A stretch of 64,000 nt of DNA from Octopus vulgaris (GCA_951406725.2 OX597818.1:43338001-43402000), one strand, 5' to 3'. Positions 12,494-26,588 are shown, counted from the first letter of the stretch. Translations and numbers: made by a program. The notes: generated from the letters alone by a model not told the origin.

Positions 12494-13850
12494 CTTTTGT
12501 TAACTAGTTGATATCTTACAACTTTACATTTGCTTCAATATATCCTTGTAATTCTTAAAAGCTATATATGATAGAACTACGTGTATGGATATATATATAT
12601 ATATATATATATAATTTAGGGTATCTTCGAGATACTGCCATGCTGAAAATAGCAGCCAAAATCTGACTCTAAAACCACATTAAATGTTCATACAGCTATT
12701 TTCAGCATGGCAGTATCTCATAGATACCCTAAAATATAATTTTAATAATAGCTATTACCTTTGAAGGTTTTTATTTCCATGCTGACCACTTGATAAGATC
12801 GCTATTTAATTTAAATTAACGATCTTATCCTTATTTATATATATATATGTGTGTGAGTGTGTGTGTGTGTGTGTGTATATATAATTTTTAGCTACTATAT
12901 ATACACACATACACACACACACATATATACATATACACATACACATATTGTAGATAAAAATTGTGGTAAGTATGTGTGTTTGAGTAAAATCAATGTGTTG
13001 AGTCACTTAAACCAAAAAAGGTTGACTTAGGCATTCAAACAATGTACAGGGGTGAAAGCAATATACTGTACTAGAATTCTTGAAGCTGGCTTCTCAGTAT
13101 GGCTGTTGCCTAAAGGCTGAAACTAGAAAAAAAGACCCATCATCATCGTTTAACATTAGTTTTCCATGCTGCCATGGATTGGACAGTTTGACTGAAGGGA
13201 CTAGCAAGCCAGTAGGCTGCACCAGGCTCCAATCTGATCTGGCAAGGTTTCCACAGCTGGATGCCCTTCCTGAAGCCAACCACTCCAAGATTGTAGTGGG
13301 TGCTTTTTATGTGCCACTGTCATGGGAGCCAGTCATGCGGCTCTGGCATCAACCACATTTAAAGGGTGCTTTTTATGTGCCACCGGCACAAGAGCCAGTC
13401 GGGGATAGAATATTATATGCAAGAAAACAGATTGATTAAAAATCTTAAGAGTCACAGATCATCCTAACTTATTTTTGATATCTATACTGTTTGACCTATT
13501 TTAATTTACCACATCAACAAGATTTGTCAGAAATACATGACTGCACTGACTACTGTAAGATTTACAAGTGACTGGTTACAGTATTTCCAAAGTTACAATT
13601 ATAGAATTTCACTATTGGATTGTTAAGATGTATAATATTGGTGTGATAGAATTGATCATAAATTTGTAGTTGCTCAGCTGAATGAAGATAAACATAAATT
13701 ATTGCATATATGGATGTAGGCTTGGCAACCATCTGGTTCCTGCAGTGATCCCATTGCATTGCATGTCAAGCAAGTGCCTCCTACCAGAGCTTGGGTCAAC
13801 CAAAAATTTATGTACAAATTTTGGTAGACAGAAACTGTGAAATTCTGCCA

Positions 13851-13882
<32 letters not shown>

Positions 13883-14553
13883 CAAGAACTGGTGCATCAA
13901 ATAAAAGTACTATGTTATATTTAATTACTCATCCTTACATATTGTGTAGCCTAGTGTTTGGGGTTCGTGATTATAGCCTGCAAATTTGATCCCTGGGTTG
14001 AGTTGTGCCTTGTGTCCTTAAGCAAGGCACATCATTTCACGTTACTGCAGTCTACTCAACTGTAAATAAATGACTACTAGCCTAGAGGTGATGCAGCTCT
14101 TTTCCACCAGCTTTCACATCTTCAATATTTGTGACTGAAAAGGCTGAAAGGATGTCCATCTCTGCTCATGAGTGCAAAAACACTTAAAATAATTCATAAA
14201 AACATGGTACATATTACCAAATCATACTTGCTTATGAGTTATGATCTTACCTTTAACCAAAATTGACTTTGCCTTTCATCCCTTATAACATCTATAAAAT
14301 AAGTACTAAAGTGCAAGAATTGATATGAAGAATATGAAGTTATCCACTCAAGAAATTCCTCCCTGTCATTTTAGCAGCCCTGTATTTTCCTTTTAACTAT
14401 ACAAACTCTTTAACAAGGTAATACAAATGGGTTTTCAAATATTTGGATAATATTTACATATCCTATGTGTCTACCATTTCTAATATTTCCTGAATGTGTC
14501 TACCATTTCTAATATTTCCTGAATCACAAAACTTAAATCCGGTCTTTTCACAG

Positions 14554-14650
14554 GTGGAACACCTCAACTTTGAACGATATACAGACATGCTTAAATATGC
14601 TGAGTTTCATGATGACTTGGATGAAATCACCCAAATGCACATTCCTGCTG
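14554..14650 (+). CDS. Coding exon C (VEHLNFERYTDMLKYAEFHDDLDEITQMHIPA-A)
   Basis: cttttcacag acceptor and weak donor G|gtctga. 97 nt, phase 0 to phase 1, which fits exon D. Confidence 0.8.
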
Positions 14651-14967
14651 GTCTGAAATGATTTTGATTTTAAAAAATCTTTTTATTGCTACATTTTATT
14701 GAATTAGAATTAAAATATTTTTTGTACGGTATATTAAATTTGAGAAAGATATTTCCTATTTTGAGTTTATTCAAAGAAGCAATATTAAATATCAAAAACA
14801 AAACTTATCATCTCCTATATTTTTAACCTTAAAAAATACTGCAGTCATATATTATGTAATTTAAAATGTGATATTCATTATTCATATATTTTTTTAGATC
14901 AATGGTTACCGAAATCATTTTCATTTATATATTAGCAATTTTCTATAAAATAAACATTTATTTTTAG

Positions 14968-15058
14968 CTGATGTGAGTATACGGCCTCCCTTTTTGGATT
15001 GCGGAATCTTTAACCCCAATCAACATTTAATTCCAACAGCCCGGTGGGATACTCCCAG
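14968..15058 (+). CDS. Coding exon D (DVSIRPPFLDCGIFNPNQHLIPTARWDTP-R)
   Basis: atttttag acceptor and CAG|gtaata donor. 91 nt, phase 1 to phase 2. Locally raised GC in an AT-rich intron. Confidence 0.85.
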
Positions 15059-15648
15059 GTAATATTGATTGATTTTTTTTACATCTTACATTTTATCTTT
15101 TTTTTTTCTCATTGAGGAATTTTGTAACGTTTTTTTATTATCATTATGAAAAAGTTAGAAAAGGAGAGTAAATGGTGTACATGAATTCATATAGTAATGC
15201 TGATGGTATAATTGTACTCTTTGATTACTCATTCTGTTTACCCATTACTGTTCATCAGATAGTTAACCTGCAATAGATCAACATCTTATCCAAAGAACAA
15301 CTGTCCTGATTAATTTTAGATTCAGATAAATATCAACTTTATAAATCATTATAATTTGTAGAAGACATAATTTCGGCTATTAATTTTTTTTAATAGAAAT
15401 TTTTTATACCGTATTCATTTGTGTATATTATGCATTTTTTCCCCCAAAATTTTAAACTTAAATTTTAGGAGGTTTCATTATACATGAGAAGTAAATGTTA
15501 CCCATCTTTTCCCCTCTTTATGTGGACTATGTGTGGCTATGTTACACAACCAGAAATAAGTTATATCTATTGTCAAAGCTAACTGGTGTGTAATGAAGAG
15601 AAAAGATCACTACATTAGTGTTTTATTTTTCTATGATAATGATAATAT

Positions 15649-16040
15649 ACTCTTTACTCTTTTACTTGCTTCAGTCATTTGACTGTTGCCATGCTGGAGC
15701 ATTGCCATTAGTTGAGCAAATCAACCCTAGGACTTATTCTTTGTAAGCCTAGTACTTATTCTATCGGTCTCTTTTGCCGAACTGCTAAGTTACGGGGACA
15801 TAAACACACCAGCATCAGTTGTCAATCGATGTTGGAGGGACAAACACAGACACACAAACATATACACATGCACATACACACATATATATATACATATATA
15901 TGACGGGCTTCTTTCAGTTTCCAGCTACCAAATCCACTCACAAGGCTTTGGTCGGCCTGAGACTATAGTAGAAGACACTTGCCCAAGGTGCCACACAGTG
16001 GGACTGAACCCGGAACCATGTGGCTGGTAAGCAAGCTACT
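15649..16040 (-). mobile_element. SINE family A
   Basis: Reverse complement of 3000-3393 and 43585-44008. Confidence 0.85.
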
Positions 16041-16887
16041 TACCACACAGCCACTCCTACATATTAATGTTCTTAATATTCCATAAGTATAAGGTGGCAA
16101 GCTGATGGAATTATTAGCATGCTGGGCAAATGCGTAGTGGCATTTCATCCATCTTCGTGTTCTGAGTTCAAATGCCATCAGCATCAAATTTGCCTGTCAT
16201 CCTTTTGGGTTCAATAAAATAAGTACCAGTTGAACATTGGGTGGGGGGGATCTAATTAACTTAACCCCTCCCTGAAAGCACTGACCTTGTACCAAAATTT
16301 GAAATCAATATTTCATAAGTATGCCCTCATCAGAAATCATACTGTTAAATGTCCAACTAAATGCAGCAAAATTTTGCTCATAATTATTAGTATGAAGTGA
16401 TCAGAAAATAAAATTGACATTGAGAGCATTGAAGCACTTTATCTTTAAACTAGATAGAAATTCATACTATAAAGTTCCATAAAATTACATATGAAACACC
16501 GAATGGAGCATTTAAAATGTTTTTCACTTCCTGAAAATTTAAAATTCTCTTTTATGAAATATTTTTAAGATGACCTTTGAGGATCACAAAGGAAAGGTTA
16601 GGCAAAATATGTGAGGTGATGCCAATGAAAATATAAAAAAGAAGATGTATTACCCTACATAGGTTGTTTAATGCTTCTATTATATTTTAGAGAAATCATC
16701 TCTTTATCAAATATAAGACTGAAAAAAAAATAATCCAAGTGTTCAGAGATAAAGTGTTTTCATCTGCCAAAAATATTTTTGTCAGATCTTGAATGTTAGC
16801 TGTTTGAAACAAAAGCTTGGAAACTGTATTACAAGAAAATAAGTAAATAAATAAATAAATAGTAATAATAATAATAATAATAATAAT

Positions 16888-17383
16888 ATAGAGGTGTCAT
16901 CATGTACATTGTTTTGTCTTGGTATAAAAGATGGGCTACAGCAAATATTCTGCTCAATACCACAGATTTGCTTGTCAGTTGCTTGACCTTAACCAGTTGA
17001 GCATGTCCCTTGGTGGCTGATGGTATACGCAACTCTGATCACAAGCAGAAGTAGTGAGGGAACATCATAGCCATGTGTTGAGAGGAATTCTTTGGGGTTT
17101 GGATAATTCACCCTTGGAAACATAGGTATTTCATTCATCAAACAAACCTTATTCAAGGCCCTTTTGAACGGGATGGGTTACTTGACCTGAAGAAAATTCA
17201 AACTGAGCCCCACCTGCAAGGTCATGCGTTGTTTATCTTGATATGAGATCACTATGTCATGCACATGTGGTTGTGATGCATGTGCCTGGTGTGCCCTTAT
17301 CAGACGGGTAGTCATGGTGGGTATACTGGCTTCGTATATTTTACCCCAGTGTCACTTTGATGGCATGCACTGCTCTCTCACTC

Positions 17384-17414
<31 letters not shown>

Positions 17415-17570
17415 GTATGAGATCACCATATCATGCACATATATTTGTGATTCATGTGCCTCGTGTACCCTTATCAGATGGGTATTCATGATGAGTATAC
17501 TGGACTTCAATATATTTGTACCCCAGTGTCACTTTCATGGCATGCATTGTTCTCTCATTCAATAATGATA
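16888..17570 (+). mobile_element. (AAT)n-tailed retroposon of unassigned family with a tandem partial duplication of its 3' ~150 bp
   Basis: Ends ctctctcactc(aat)n at ~17413. The segment atgagatcac...ctctcattcaataat recurs at 17417-17570. Confidence 0.55.
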
Positions 17571-18149
17571 ATTCTTTCTACTAAAGGCACAAGGCCTGAA
17601 ATTTAGGGGAAGGAGACTAGTTGATTATATCAACCCCAGTGTTTCACTGGTACTTAATTTATCAACCCCAAAAGGATGAAAGGTAAAGTCAACCTTGAGA
17701 GAATTTAATGTCAGAACATAGAGATGGATGCTTAATAATAAAAATAAAGTTGGGAGCATTTTAGGAAATCCACACTTAATAAATACTTTGTTCTCCTGTG
17801 ACAACACAACCTTGTGTACCTCACTGTAATAACTGAACAGTAAAATTCAGCAAAACTTTATTTAAGTACAGTCATTATCAAAATCAAGTTGATTTTCTAG
17901 AAAAAAAAACATGATCCTTTGATATTCACAATGATGACTTTACAGCAGAGGCACTTTCACAACCTACACTAGTAAAGTTCAAAGGGCACTTACAATTTGT
18001 TTTTTAATGATGTTTGAACTTTCTAAACATTATAATACTAGAGAAAAGTCAGTTGAGAAAGATGTTTTTTTCTGGAATTCCATTACCCATAATTAGTGGT
18101 GTACAGTATATTCAAGTGTGTCATATACATGGATAAATATAGTATTTAA

Positions 18150-18360
18150 CCCCTTAGCATTCAGATTATTGTCAAATGTTATGCTTATTTATTCACACTG
18201 TTTTGAAGTAAATATTGCATTATCTCATAGCATTGAAATTTTGACGATGTGATTGTTTGTTTTTAGAATGATATTATAGGCTAGGTGTAGGAGGCGGAAT
18301 GTAACCAGAAAACAAGGTTCACTATTTAGGCCAGATATGGTTGCTTCAAATACTAAAGGG
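18150..18360. mobile_element. piggyBac-type MITE
   Basis: TTAA at 18146-18149 and 18361-18364 flanking imperfect TIRs ccccttagcatt / aatactaaaggg. Confidence 0.7.
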
Positions 18361-19526
18361 TTAAAATAAATTATTCCAAAGTCTTCTATTTTCTAAAATA
18401 CAGCCACTTTTCTAACTACTACTTATGATACCAACCTGCCTGAGATTGACCCTGGCTCTGTGATGTAAATTGCCTGTCTTAAAGTGATCTGAATTAAAAT
18501 CTTCCTTTAATTTTTAATTTGTCATTCACCAATTTTATCATCATCATCATTTAACGTCCACTTTCCATGCTGGCATGGGTTGGACAGTTTGATAGAAGTT
18601 GGCCAGCTGCAAAGCTGTCCAGATTTGTCTGTTGTGGCATGGTTTTACAGCTGAATGCTCTTCCAAACACCAGCCACTTTACAGAGTGTGCTGGGTGCCT
18701 TTACTTGCCACTGGCATGGGTGCATTTACACAGCACCAGCCTGAGTGCTTTAACAAGGCACAAACACCTATTTCTTTACTACCCACAAGGGGCTAAACAC
18801 AGAGGAGACAAACAAGGACAGACAGACGGATTAAGTCGACCATATCGACCCCAATGCATAATTGGTACTTAATTTATCGACCCCGAAAGGATGAAAGGCA
18901 AAGTCGACCTTGGCGGAATTTGAACTCAGAATGTAACGGCAGACGAAATATGGCTACGCATTTTTCCCAGTGTGCAAACGTTTCTGCCAGCTTGCCGCCT
19001 TCCTGTTAAGGCACCAACACCTGTTAAGGATAAGCCTGTATGTATGTATGGCAGCAATTTTATGCGTCTTCTCAAGTACAGCAAATCACCACAACTCCTG
19101 GCCCCTTGACATTTCTTCAGTGAGGCCCAGCATCTGAAGATCCTTTCTCACCACTTCATCCCACACCTTCCTGGGTCTACCCCTTCCACAGGTTACCTCT
19201 ACAGCTTAATAACGACAAAGCTATTTTACTAAATTCTTCATTGCATTCAACATTTAATGTAACAAACATAATGCATTTCAGCAGAAATATGGTACCAAAA
19301 GGGTTAATTATTGTTTCTGAAGAAACAATTAGTAACAAGACTCTTTATTTTAGACTGATGTATACAGACACATAAACTAGGTAAAAAATTGATATTCTAA
19401 TTATGTTGTAATTACAATCTTAATTAAGTTATAAATATGACAGCAATGTTAAAACATAAAATGAAAGAAACTAACAGTTTCAGACATCATTTAAATCAGT
19501 GATTGTTATTAGTGTCTGCATCTATT

Positions 19527-19945
19527 TTCTCTTTTACTCTTTTACTTGTTTCAGTCATTTGACTGCGGCCATGCTGGAGCACCACCTTTAGTCGAGCGAA
19601 TTGACCCCAGGACTTATTCTTTGTAAGCCTGGTACTTATTCTATCGGTCTGTTTTGCCGAACTGCTAAGTTACAGGGACGTGAACACACCAGCATCAGTT
19701 GTCAAGCGATGTTGGGGGAACAAACACAGACACACAAACACATACATACACATACACGCATATATATATATACATATATATGATGGGCTTCTTTCAGTTT
19801 CCGTCTACCAAATCCACTCACAAGGCTTTGGTCAGCCTGAGGCTAGAGTAGAAGACATTTGCCCAAGGTGCCACACAGCAGGACTGAACCCGGAACCATG
19901 TGGTTGGTAAGCAAGCTACTTACCACACAGCCACTCCTGTGCCTA
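19527..19945 (-). mobile_element. SINE family A
   Basis: Near-consensus reverse-complement copy. A more diverged + copy follows at ~20045-20435. Confidence 0.85.
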
Positions 19946-20568
19946 TTGTTGGAAAATTTTCATAAATTTCATATTAATTTATGTGCCAAACACCAGCTTA
20001 ATAATGACAGTTATTTTTACTTAAGGTATAGCTATGGTGATTAGGGGGGCTCACTTTGTGCCCACATGATTTAGGGTTCATTCCCACTGTGCAGTACCTT
20101 GGGCAAGTGTCTTCTACTATGCTCTGATCTGACCAATACATTGCGAATAAACTTGATAGATAGAAATTATGTGGAAACCTAACATATATGTGTGAGTATG
20201 TATATGTGTTTTTCACACACATACACACACACACACACTACTTGACAACAAGTGTTAGTTTGTTTACATCTTCACAACTTATTGGTTTGGTAAAAAAAAA
20301 AGACCAATAGAATAAGTACTAAATTTAAGAAAATAAGTACCTATGTTTTTTTTGTTTTTTTTTTACTAAAATTCTTTGTGGTGGTGCCCCAGCATGGTTA
20401 CAGTCCAACAACTGAAACAAGTAAAGCATAAAAGATACAAGGTTATTTTTAAAATTAATTAAAATGAATGCAGTGTATTTCAACAGAATTATAGCAACAA
20501 AAGGGTTTAGCTGAAAATTCTTTTTTAACAGAAAGTTTTAATACTTATATGTGTGTGCATACATACAT

Positions 20569-20605
<37 letters not shown>

Positions 20606-22038
20606 ATTCTTTGAAGAAAATCACAGGAATATTTCTTCTTGCTTCTCCTTTGTAGAGCTAAGCAAGACATATCAAAGTTCAATAAAACTTCCAAGAATAA
20701 TAGTGATCAATAACTTACATGATCAACATCAATAGGACCGACTAATACTTTGAAGTTTGAATAAAGATCAGTAATATCTTGCAGGTGTAGAACTATTTAA
20801 TGTCAACTTGACATCCAAAGAATAAGAAAAGTTTTGAAAATATATTGTTACCTTCTACAGTAGTTACATATTCGTTTTTTAAATTTGTTTGTTTATTTAT
20901 CACATGAACTATGATTGCAAAGGATCTGTAACGTTTGGTGTAAAGAATGAATTTCGTAAAGATAGCTGGATGTATGATTTTAAGCTGATGTGGAATGTTG
21001 AGTAGAAAGAAGTTTTAAAAAATGGTAGGATGTTAAATGTATTGGCACAGGTGAATATAGAAGAAGGAGAGAAAAAAGGAGAGAAAGAGGGAGAGATCAG
21101 AGCAGTATGGACAGGTAATGCATGCATATGATACACTCTGAGTGTGTATTTGTGGCGTATATGCAGCATTGGTACTGTGAAAGACTTGGAGAAGAAGTCA
21201 GATAAGAGAACAAACAGTAAGCCTCAGAGATGACACAGGATGAAAATACTTGAGAAAATGATGTATGGCAAAGCTGTCTGACTGATTCCTTGGAAAATCA
21301 TTTGTTAAAAATGGTTGTGGTAGTGGTGCTCATGTTGGTGATGATGAAAATCATGATGGTAGTAGTGATTATAAAAACAGAAAGTTTCTTTTTGGTGGGG
21401 GGCAGCAACATATGTTAAAGGAAATTAATTTTTGTAGTGCAAATATTTATCAATGGAACTACAATATTCACAACAGTGAACCGTTTTTCAACCAATAATC
21501 AAATAAGAATTTGTATACATATGTGAATGACTGTATGTTTGTAAAAACAGACAGTGATGAAATTAAAAAAAAGAAAAAGCTTATTCAAAGCACTGTTTAT
21601 TTAACAGATATCTTTCTAATATCCTTTATAAAAGGACAGATTGTTATACATCTTATATTTATTCCCAAACTTTTCGTTATTAGATGGAAGATAGGAAATT
21701 TGACTCTTTTATAAGATTTGAACATATCTTCTTTCTTGGAATAAAAGTTTGCTACATCAGTAATGACATATAAATCAGTACTTTGAATATTTATTTTTGT
21801 CCATGTTGACAAGAGTTGAACAATTTTGATGTACAGAATATCACCAATCATCTTGGCTTTTCGTTATTTCATCTGTGAATAAATGAAAAACTATACATAT
21901 CAGCAATTTGAAAGAGATTTTACTTATATATATGTATGCATATATATATTTGACAAGTTCGAGAAACGAATGAAAGCGCTAATAATAATGAAGAAATAAA
22001 AAGATTATTTTTTCCAAAATTCCAACAACATTTTTTTC

Positions 22039-22365
22039 TCATCATCATCATCATCGTCATCATTATCGTTTAATGTCCGCTTTTCATGCTAGCATGGGTT
22101 GGACGATTTGACTGAGGGCTGGTGAACCAGATGGCTGCACCAGGCTCCAATCTTGATCTGGCAGAGTTTCTACAGCTGGATGCCCTTCCTAACGCCAACC
22201 ACTCCGAGAGTGTAGTGGGTGCTTTTTACGTGCCACCAGCACGGGGGCCAGTTAGGCAGTACTGGCAACGATCTCGCTCAAATCTTTTTACACGTGCCAC
22301 CAGCACAGGTACCAGTGAAGCGACATTGGTAACAATCACACTCGAATGGTGCCCTTTTACGTGCC
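22039..22365 (-). mobile_element. 3' end of the (GAT)n-tailed RTE/RTEX LINE family
   Basis: Nearly identical to 28628-28945 and to the reverse complement of 61195-61443. Confidence 0.8.
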
Positions 22366-22658
22366 TATATATATATATGTATTTGTATGTATAAACTGGG
22401 ATAACTCTGACATAAAACCTGCGGCTCAGTGGTTACTGATGATGTTGACTTGTTTTTCTTTTCGGATTATGGCTGCTGTTGCTTAGTGAGTGGGATTGAC
22501 TCAGTGCACAGCCTTTCCTCACTTTAAAAAAAAATCTTCTTTCACAGGCATTGCACGATAACAACATTGATTAAGCTTCGCGCAATGGCCATACTTGATA
22601 ACGAGGGGGCAGCCACCATGTATGTATGTATGTATGTATGTATGTATATATATATGTG

Positions 22659-22757
<99 letters not shown>

Positions 22758-23235
22758 GTGCAGGCATGGGTGTGTGGAAAGACGTTTGCTTCCAAACCAC
22801 ATGGTTCCAGGTTCAATCTCACTGCATGGCATCTTGATCAAGTGTCTTCTACTATAGCCTCAAGCCAACCAAAGCATTGTGAATGGATTTGGTGGACAGA
22901 AACTGAAAAAAGCCCATTGTATGTCTGTGTTTATCCCCCACCACCACTTGACAGCTTGTGTTGGTGTGTTTACATCCCTGTAACTTAGTAGTTCAGCAAA
23001 ACTGGGAAGCGTGGTAGTAGTCCCTTAGCCATAAACATTAGGTTTACTAATCGGTGTTAAATCAGCAATGTGTCTTGTCATCTGGATGAACAATCAGCAA
23101 CTTAGATGTTTACTTTTTGGTGTTCTCTCAGCAACTGATTTTTGCCTTTCAAAACTCGCACTTCACTGCTGGGTCACATGTATCCTTCTACAGCCAGCAG
23201 TGATTGGATGTTTTGTGCTAGCATGTCTTGCTACA

Positions 23236-23780
23236 ATCATCATCATTGTTCGACCGTGGTCAAGACAATGGAATTTACCATGCTACGCCAGACTTCACAG
23301 TCCATCATAGCATTACGGAAGTCCTATTGCTGGATACCTGTATCCCTGGAGATTACATCAGGGTAGGAGAGTGTGTGCCCTCTGGTATTGCGAGTAGATG
23401 GCTTCCAGAGGAGAAGAGTAGAAATTGCTTCATTTTCAGCTCTACAACAATGTCCAGCAAACTGGACTCTCCTACCTTTCACAAGAGATGACACAGGTGG
23501 TAGTTTCCCATATATTTGCATTTTGGTTGGATGACGCTTCCACGAGAGATTTTGAGCTCTCATAAGGAGGCGAATGTAAGTTCCATCCAACCGCCTCTCA
23601 AGCTTCTTTGATAACGTCCAGGTTTCTGAGCCCTACAGTAGAATTGGTTCGACTGTTGCTTTGAAGATTTTAAGTTTGAAATCTCTACTTAGATATGATG
23701 ACCAGATCTTATGCATATCATTACAGGCTGACCAGGCCATACCCTTTCTAGTTATAAAATATTTTCCAGATGATACAATA
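23236..23780 (-). mobile_element. RTE-clade LINE 3' fragment (second RTE family)
   Basis: ORF 23324..23590 (DGTYIRLLMRAQNLSWKRHPT...RRVQFAGHCCR) is a typical RTE C-terminal region. Confidence 0.8.
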
Positions 23781-24114
23781 CTAATATGCTAGTCAAAGGA
23801 TATTACACCTTCCTATACAATATGATTATCTAAATGAACTATTAGAATAGTATCTACATAAACTCAGTGCTTTCAACATCTCAACAACTCTTTTCATGAA
23901 CTGTCATTTTCATTGTCTTCCTCTCTTAAAAGTTTTACTAACCATACTAAGGCTAACTTCAGTAACTGGTTCTTCTGTTGGTTCCATGTGGAGTTCCCCA
24001 TCACTATCTCGCTATTGTTCTTTATTTAACAATTTCTAATTGCAGTATTATCATGGTTCTTTCTTTTCACTGTTACTAGAATAAAATCTCACTTTGAATA
24101 CTCTACTGGCAAAT

Positions 24115-24378
24115 GATAATAATAATAATAATAATAATAATGAAATTATTGTATACAGTGCTCAGGTGCACCACAACTTGTCAAAAGTGCATATAAAGCA
24201 TATGCAGTAATGTACAAATGTCTGGGAAGTGAACAGTGTATGAGTCAGATACATGCTTGCGTGTGTATGGAGGGGATAAAATCAGGTGTAGTGTTGGTGA
24301 ATCTCAGGAAGCATGGAAGTTTTGAAGGATGCAGTGCTCCGACAACTAACAATTGATGCCGGCAGTTTGTCCCATACT
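24115..24378 (-). mobile_element. CR1/L2-like LINE 3' end with (ATT)n tail
   Basis: Same sequence as 51598-51840, which encodes a CR1-type C-terminus. Confidence 0.75.
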
Positions 24379-24939
24379 GCCTTGCAATTCAGAACATTAC
24401 ATCTTTCATCACTGTACAGAACATTTGTCTAGATAGCTTCATATTTGGCAAGATACACTTAGTTTTATGCTTACTGCCCAGCTTTTTGATGCCGTTACTG
24501 CTCTTCATATTTTTGCTATTCTTTCTAGCCTGCCAAATACTCTATGTAGCCCTATCCACTGTACTGTTCATCCAGCACTTCCCACGGTAACTAATAGTTA
24601 TCATGGGGAAGAACAGTCAATTATTAAAAGTAGTTGAAGAATTGTGATTACATATGTTTTGTTAACTTGCAATATTGAGATCAAAGTTTTCCCATAATTA
24701 TAACCTGATTTTATTTAGACATACTGTGAAAAGACAAAGACATCAAATCAAGTTGAATTATAATGCTTCATATTTTAAAAGTAGTTATTCTCAATTCTTT
24801 GTCCTGCCAATCTCATGCTAAGAAAATTGATAATTAAAAATAATAAATAAAATAAAACTTTTGCTTCTAAAATATTGAGTTAAGTGTGTGTTGTAAACTA
24901 AATGAAGTAGGCTGATCTCATAGTAATTGACTAATATGT

Positions 24940-25210
24940 GAAGGCACATGGCTCAGTGGTTAGAGTGTTGAGCTTACGATCGTGAGGTTGTGAGTTCGAA
25001 TCCCGGACTGGGCTGTGTATTGTGTTCTTGAGCAAGACACTTTATTTTGTGTTGCTCCAGTTAACTCAGCTGTAGAAATGAGTTGCGACATCACAGGTGC
25101 CAAGCTGTATCGGTTGGTCTTCCATAAACAACCTTGCCCGGACTTGTGCCTCAGAGGGTAACTTTCTAGGTGCAATCCCACGGTCAGTCATGACCGAAGG
25201 GGGTCTCAGC
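24940..25210 (+). mobile_element. tRNA-derived SINE family D
   Basis: tggctcagtggttagag A-box, gagttcgaatcc B-box and cttgagcaagacactt core. Confidence 0.75.
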
Positions 25211-26588
25211 TCAGGAGTTTTCAAACTTTAAAAATATATCCATATTTAAGGCGGTGCCCCAGCATGGCCGCAGTCAAATGACTGAAACAAGTAAATGAGT
25301 ATATTAAACAATTATGGTTGTTATTATATTTATATTAAACATTTATCATGAGCTATTTGTGAACATTCTCTGTATAACAACTAAAAATATTACTAATTTC
25401 TATAATCTTTCTTATGTTTCCTGAGGTCTTATTACTTAAATAGCTTCTTTCTATGGTGATTTCAGTTTATATATAGAATATTTTATAATTAATTTTCATA
25501 ATTCAGTGTGTCATTCTGTCCTCATTGAAGTTATTTTCTTCATGTAATATTTCAAAGAAAACACACCACTGTAGTGATTTTTCTATTATTTTCTCTAAAT
25601 TTATGAGAGACTTTCAGCTTGGTGCAACAAAGTAACAAAATTACTCAGAGCTTCTACTACTTACAAACAGACACACTGTACTTCCTTATGGTACCAATTT
25701 ACAGCCAACTGTCACTGATAAGGAAATTTCACAATACCGGGGATAAGATACTAATTTGTTTACCTTTTGCCTAGGAGGTTGGAACCTTATCAACTATCAA
25801 CTCAGTCAGCTGCAACTATCTCTCCACAATGTACATTATTGATTTTCTAATGTTGCTTCTCTTGTTGCATGATTTCTTTGAAGGTAGACAGGTTTCACTG
25901 TTGTCCACCCAGTTGTGATAAATTTCTTATTTCCAATGAATGATTTCTTTCCATTTATGACTATTTTTAACAATCTTAACAGTTAAACATAGAAATTACA
26001 CCCTCACTGTTCAATAAATTCTGCTGAATAGAAACCAAGAGCTTTTCCTGCTTGTAGTTTTTTTTTATTACATAATATTAGTTTCTTAATTATATAATTT
26101 TTAGAAGTACTATTAATTAAATCAACCTTAGTATATTACTGGTATGTGACTTATTGACCCAGAAAGAGAGAGAGGAGTAGTAAATTTGACTTTTACAAGA
26201 TTTAAACTAAAATATGGTGGTGCTGCTGCTATCACTGCTAATGATGTTGCGAGTAATATTTTGGTAAAATTTATTTCCAATTCCTACATTAAACAGTTGC
26301 AATCAGTTTTCTAATCTAATGCTGTTGAAACTATGATTCCGTCTCCCCTCCCCCATCCTCCTTATCATCATCATCATCATTGTCATTTTAATGATATTTT
26401 CCTATCCTAACATGGATTGGTTGAAAGAATTGTTTTATGCATCTTGGTCCAGAACAATACAATCTGTTGATTATTTTTAACACTAATTTCCAAATGTCAA
26501 ATTCGTTCCTTTTTCTTTTTCCCTCTTTTTGATACAAATTCAAAAATTTAGTATTAAAAATGACAATGAAATTATGTTATTCTTTCAG

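Noticed and set aside
22436-22460. Other CTGATGA/CTGAAGA heptamers (also 17188, 19135, 40632, 41382, 55812)
   Set aside because: No properly spaced GAAA box or flanking stems, so not hammerheads.
24940-25015. tRNA-like sequences at SINE heads (also 42530-42604 and 43585-43660)
   Set aside because: They have A/B boxes but run directly into SINE bodies, so they are not tRNA genes.
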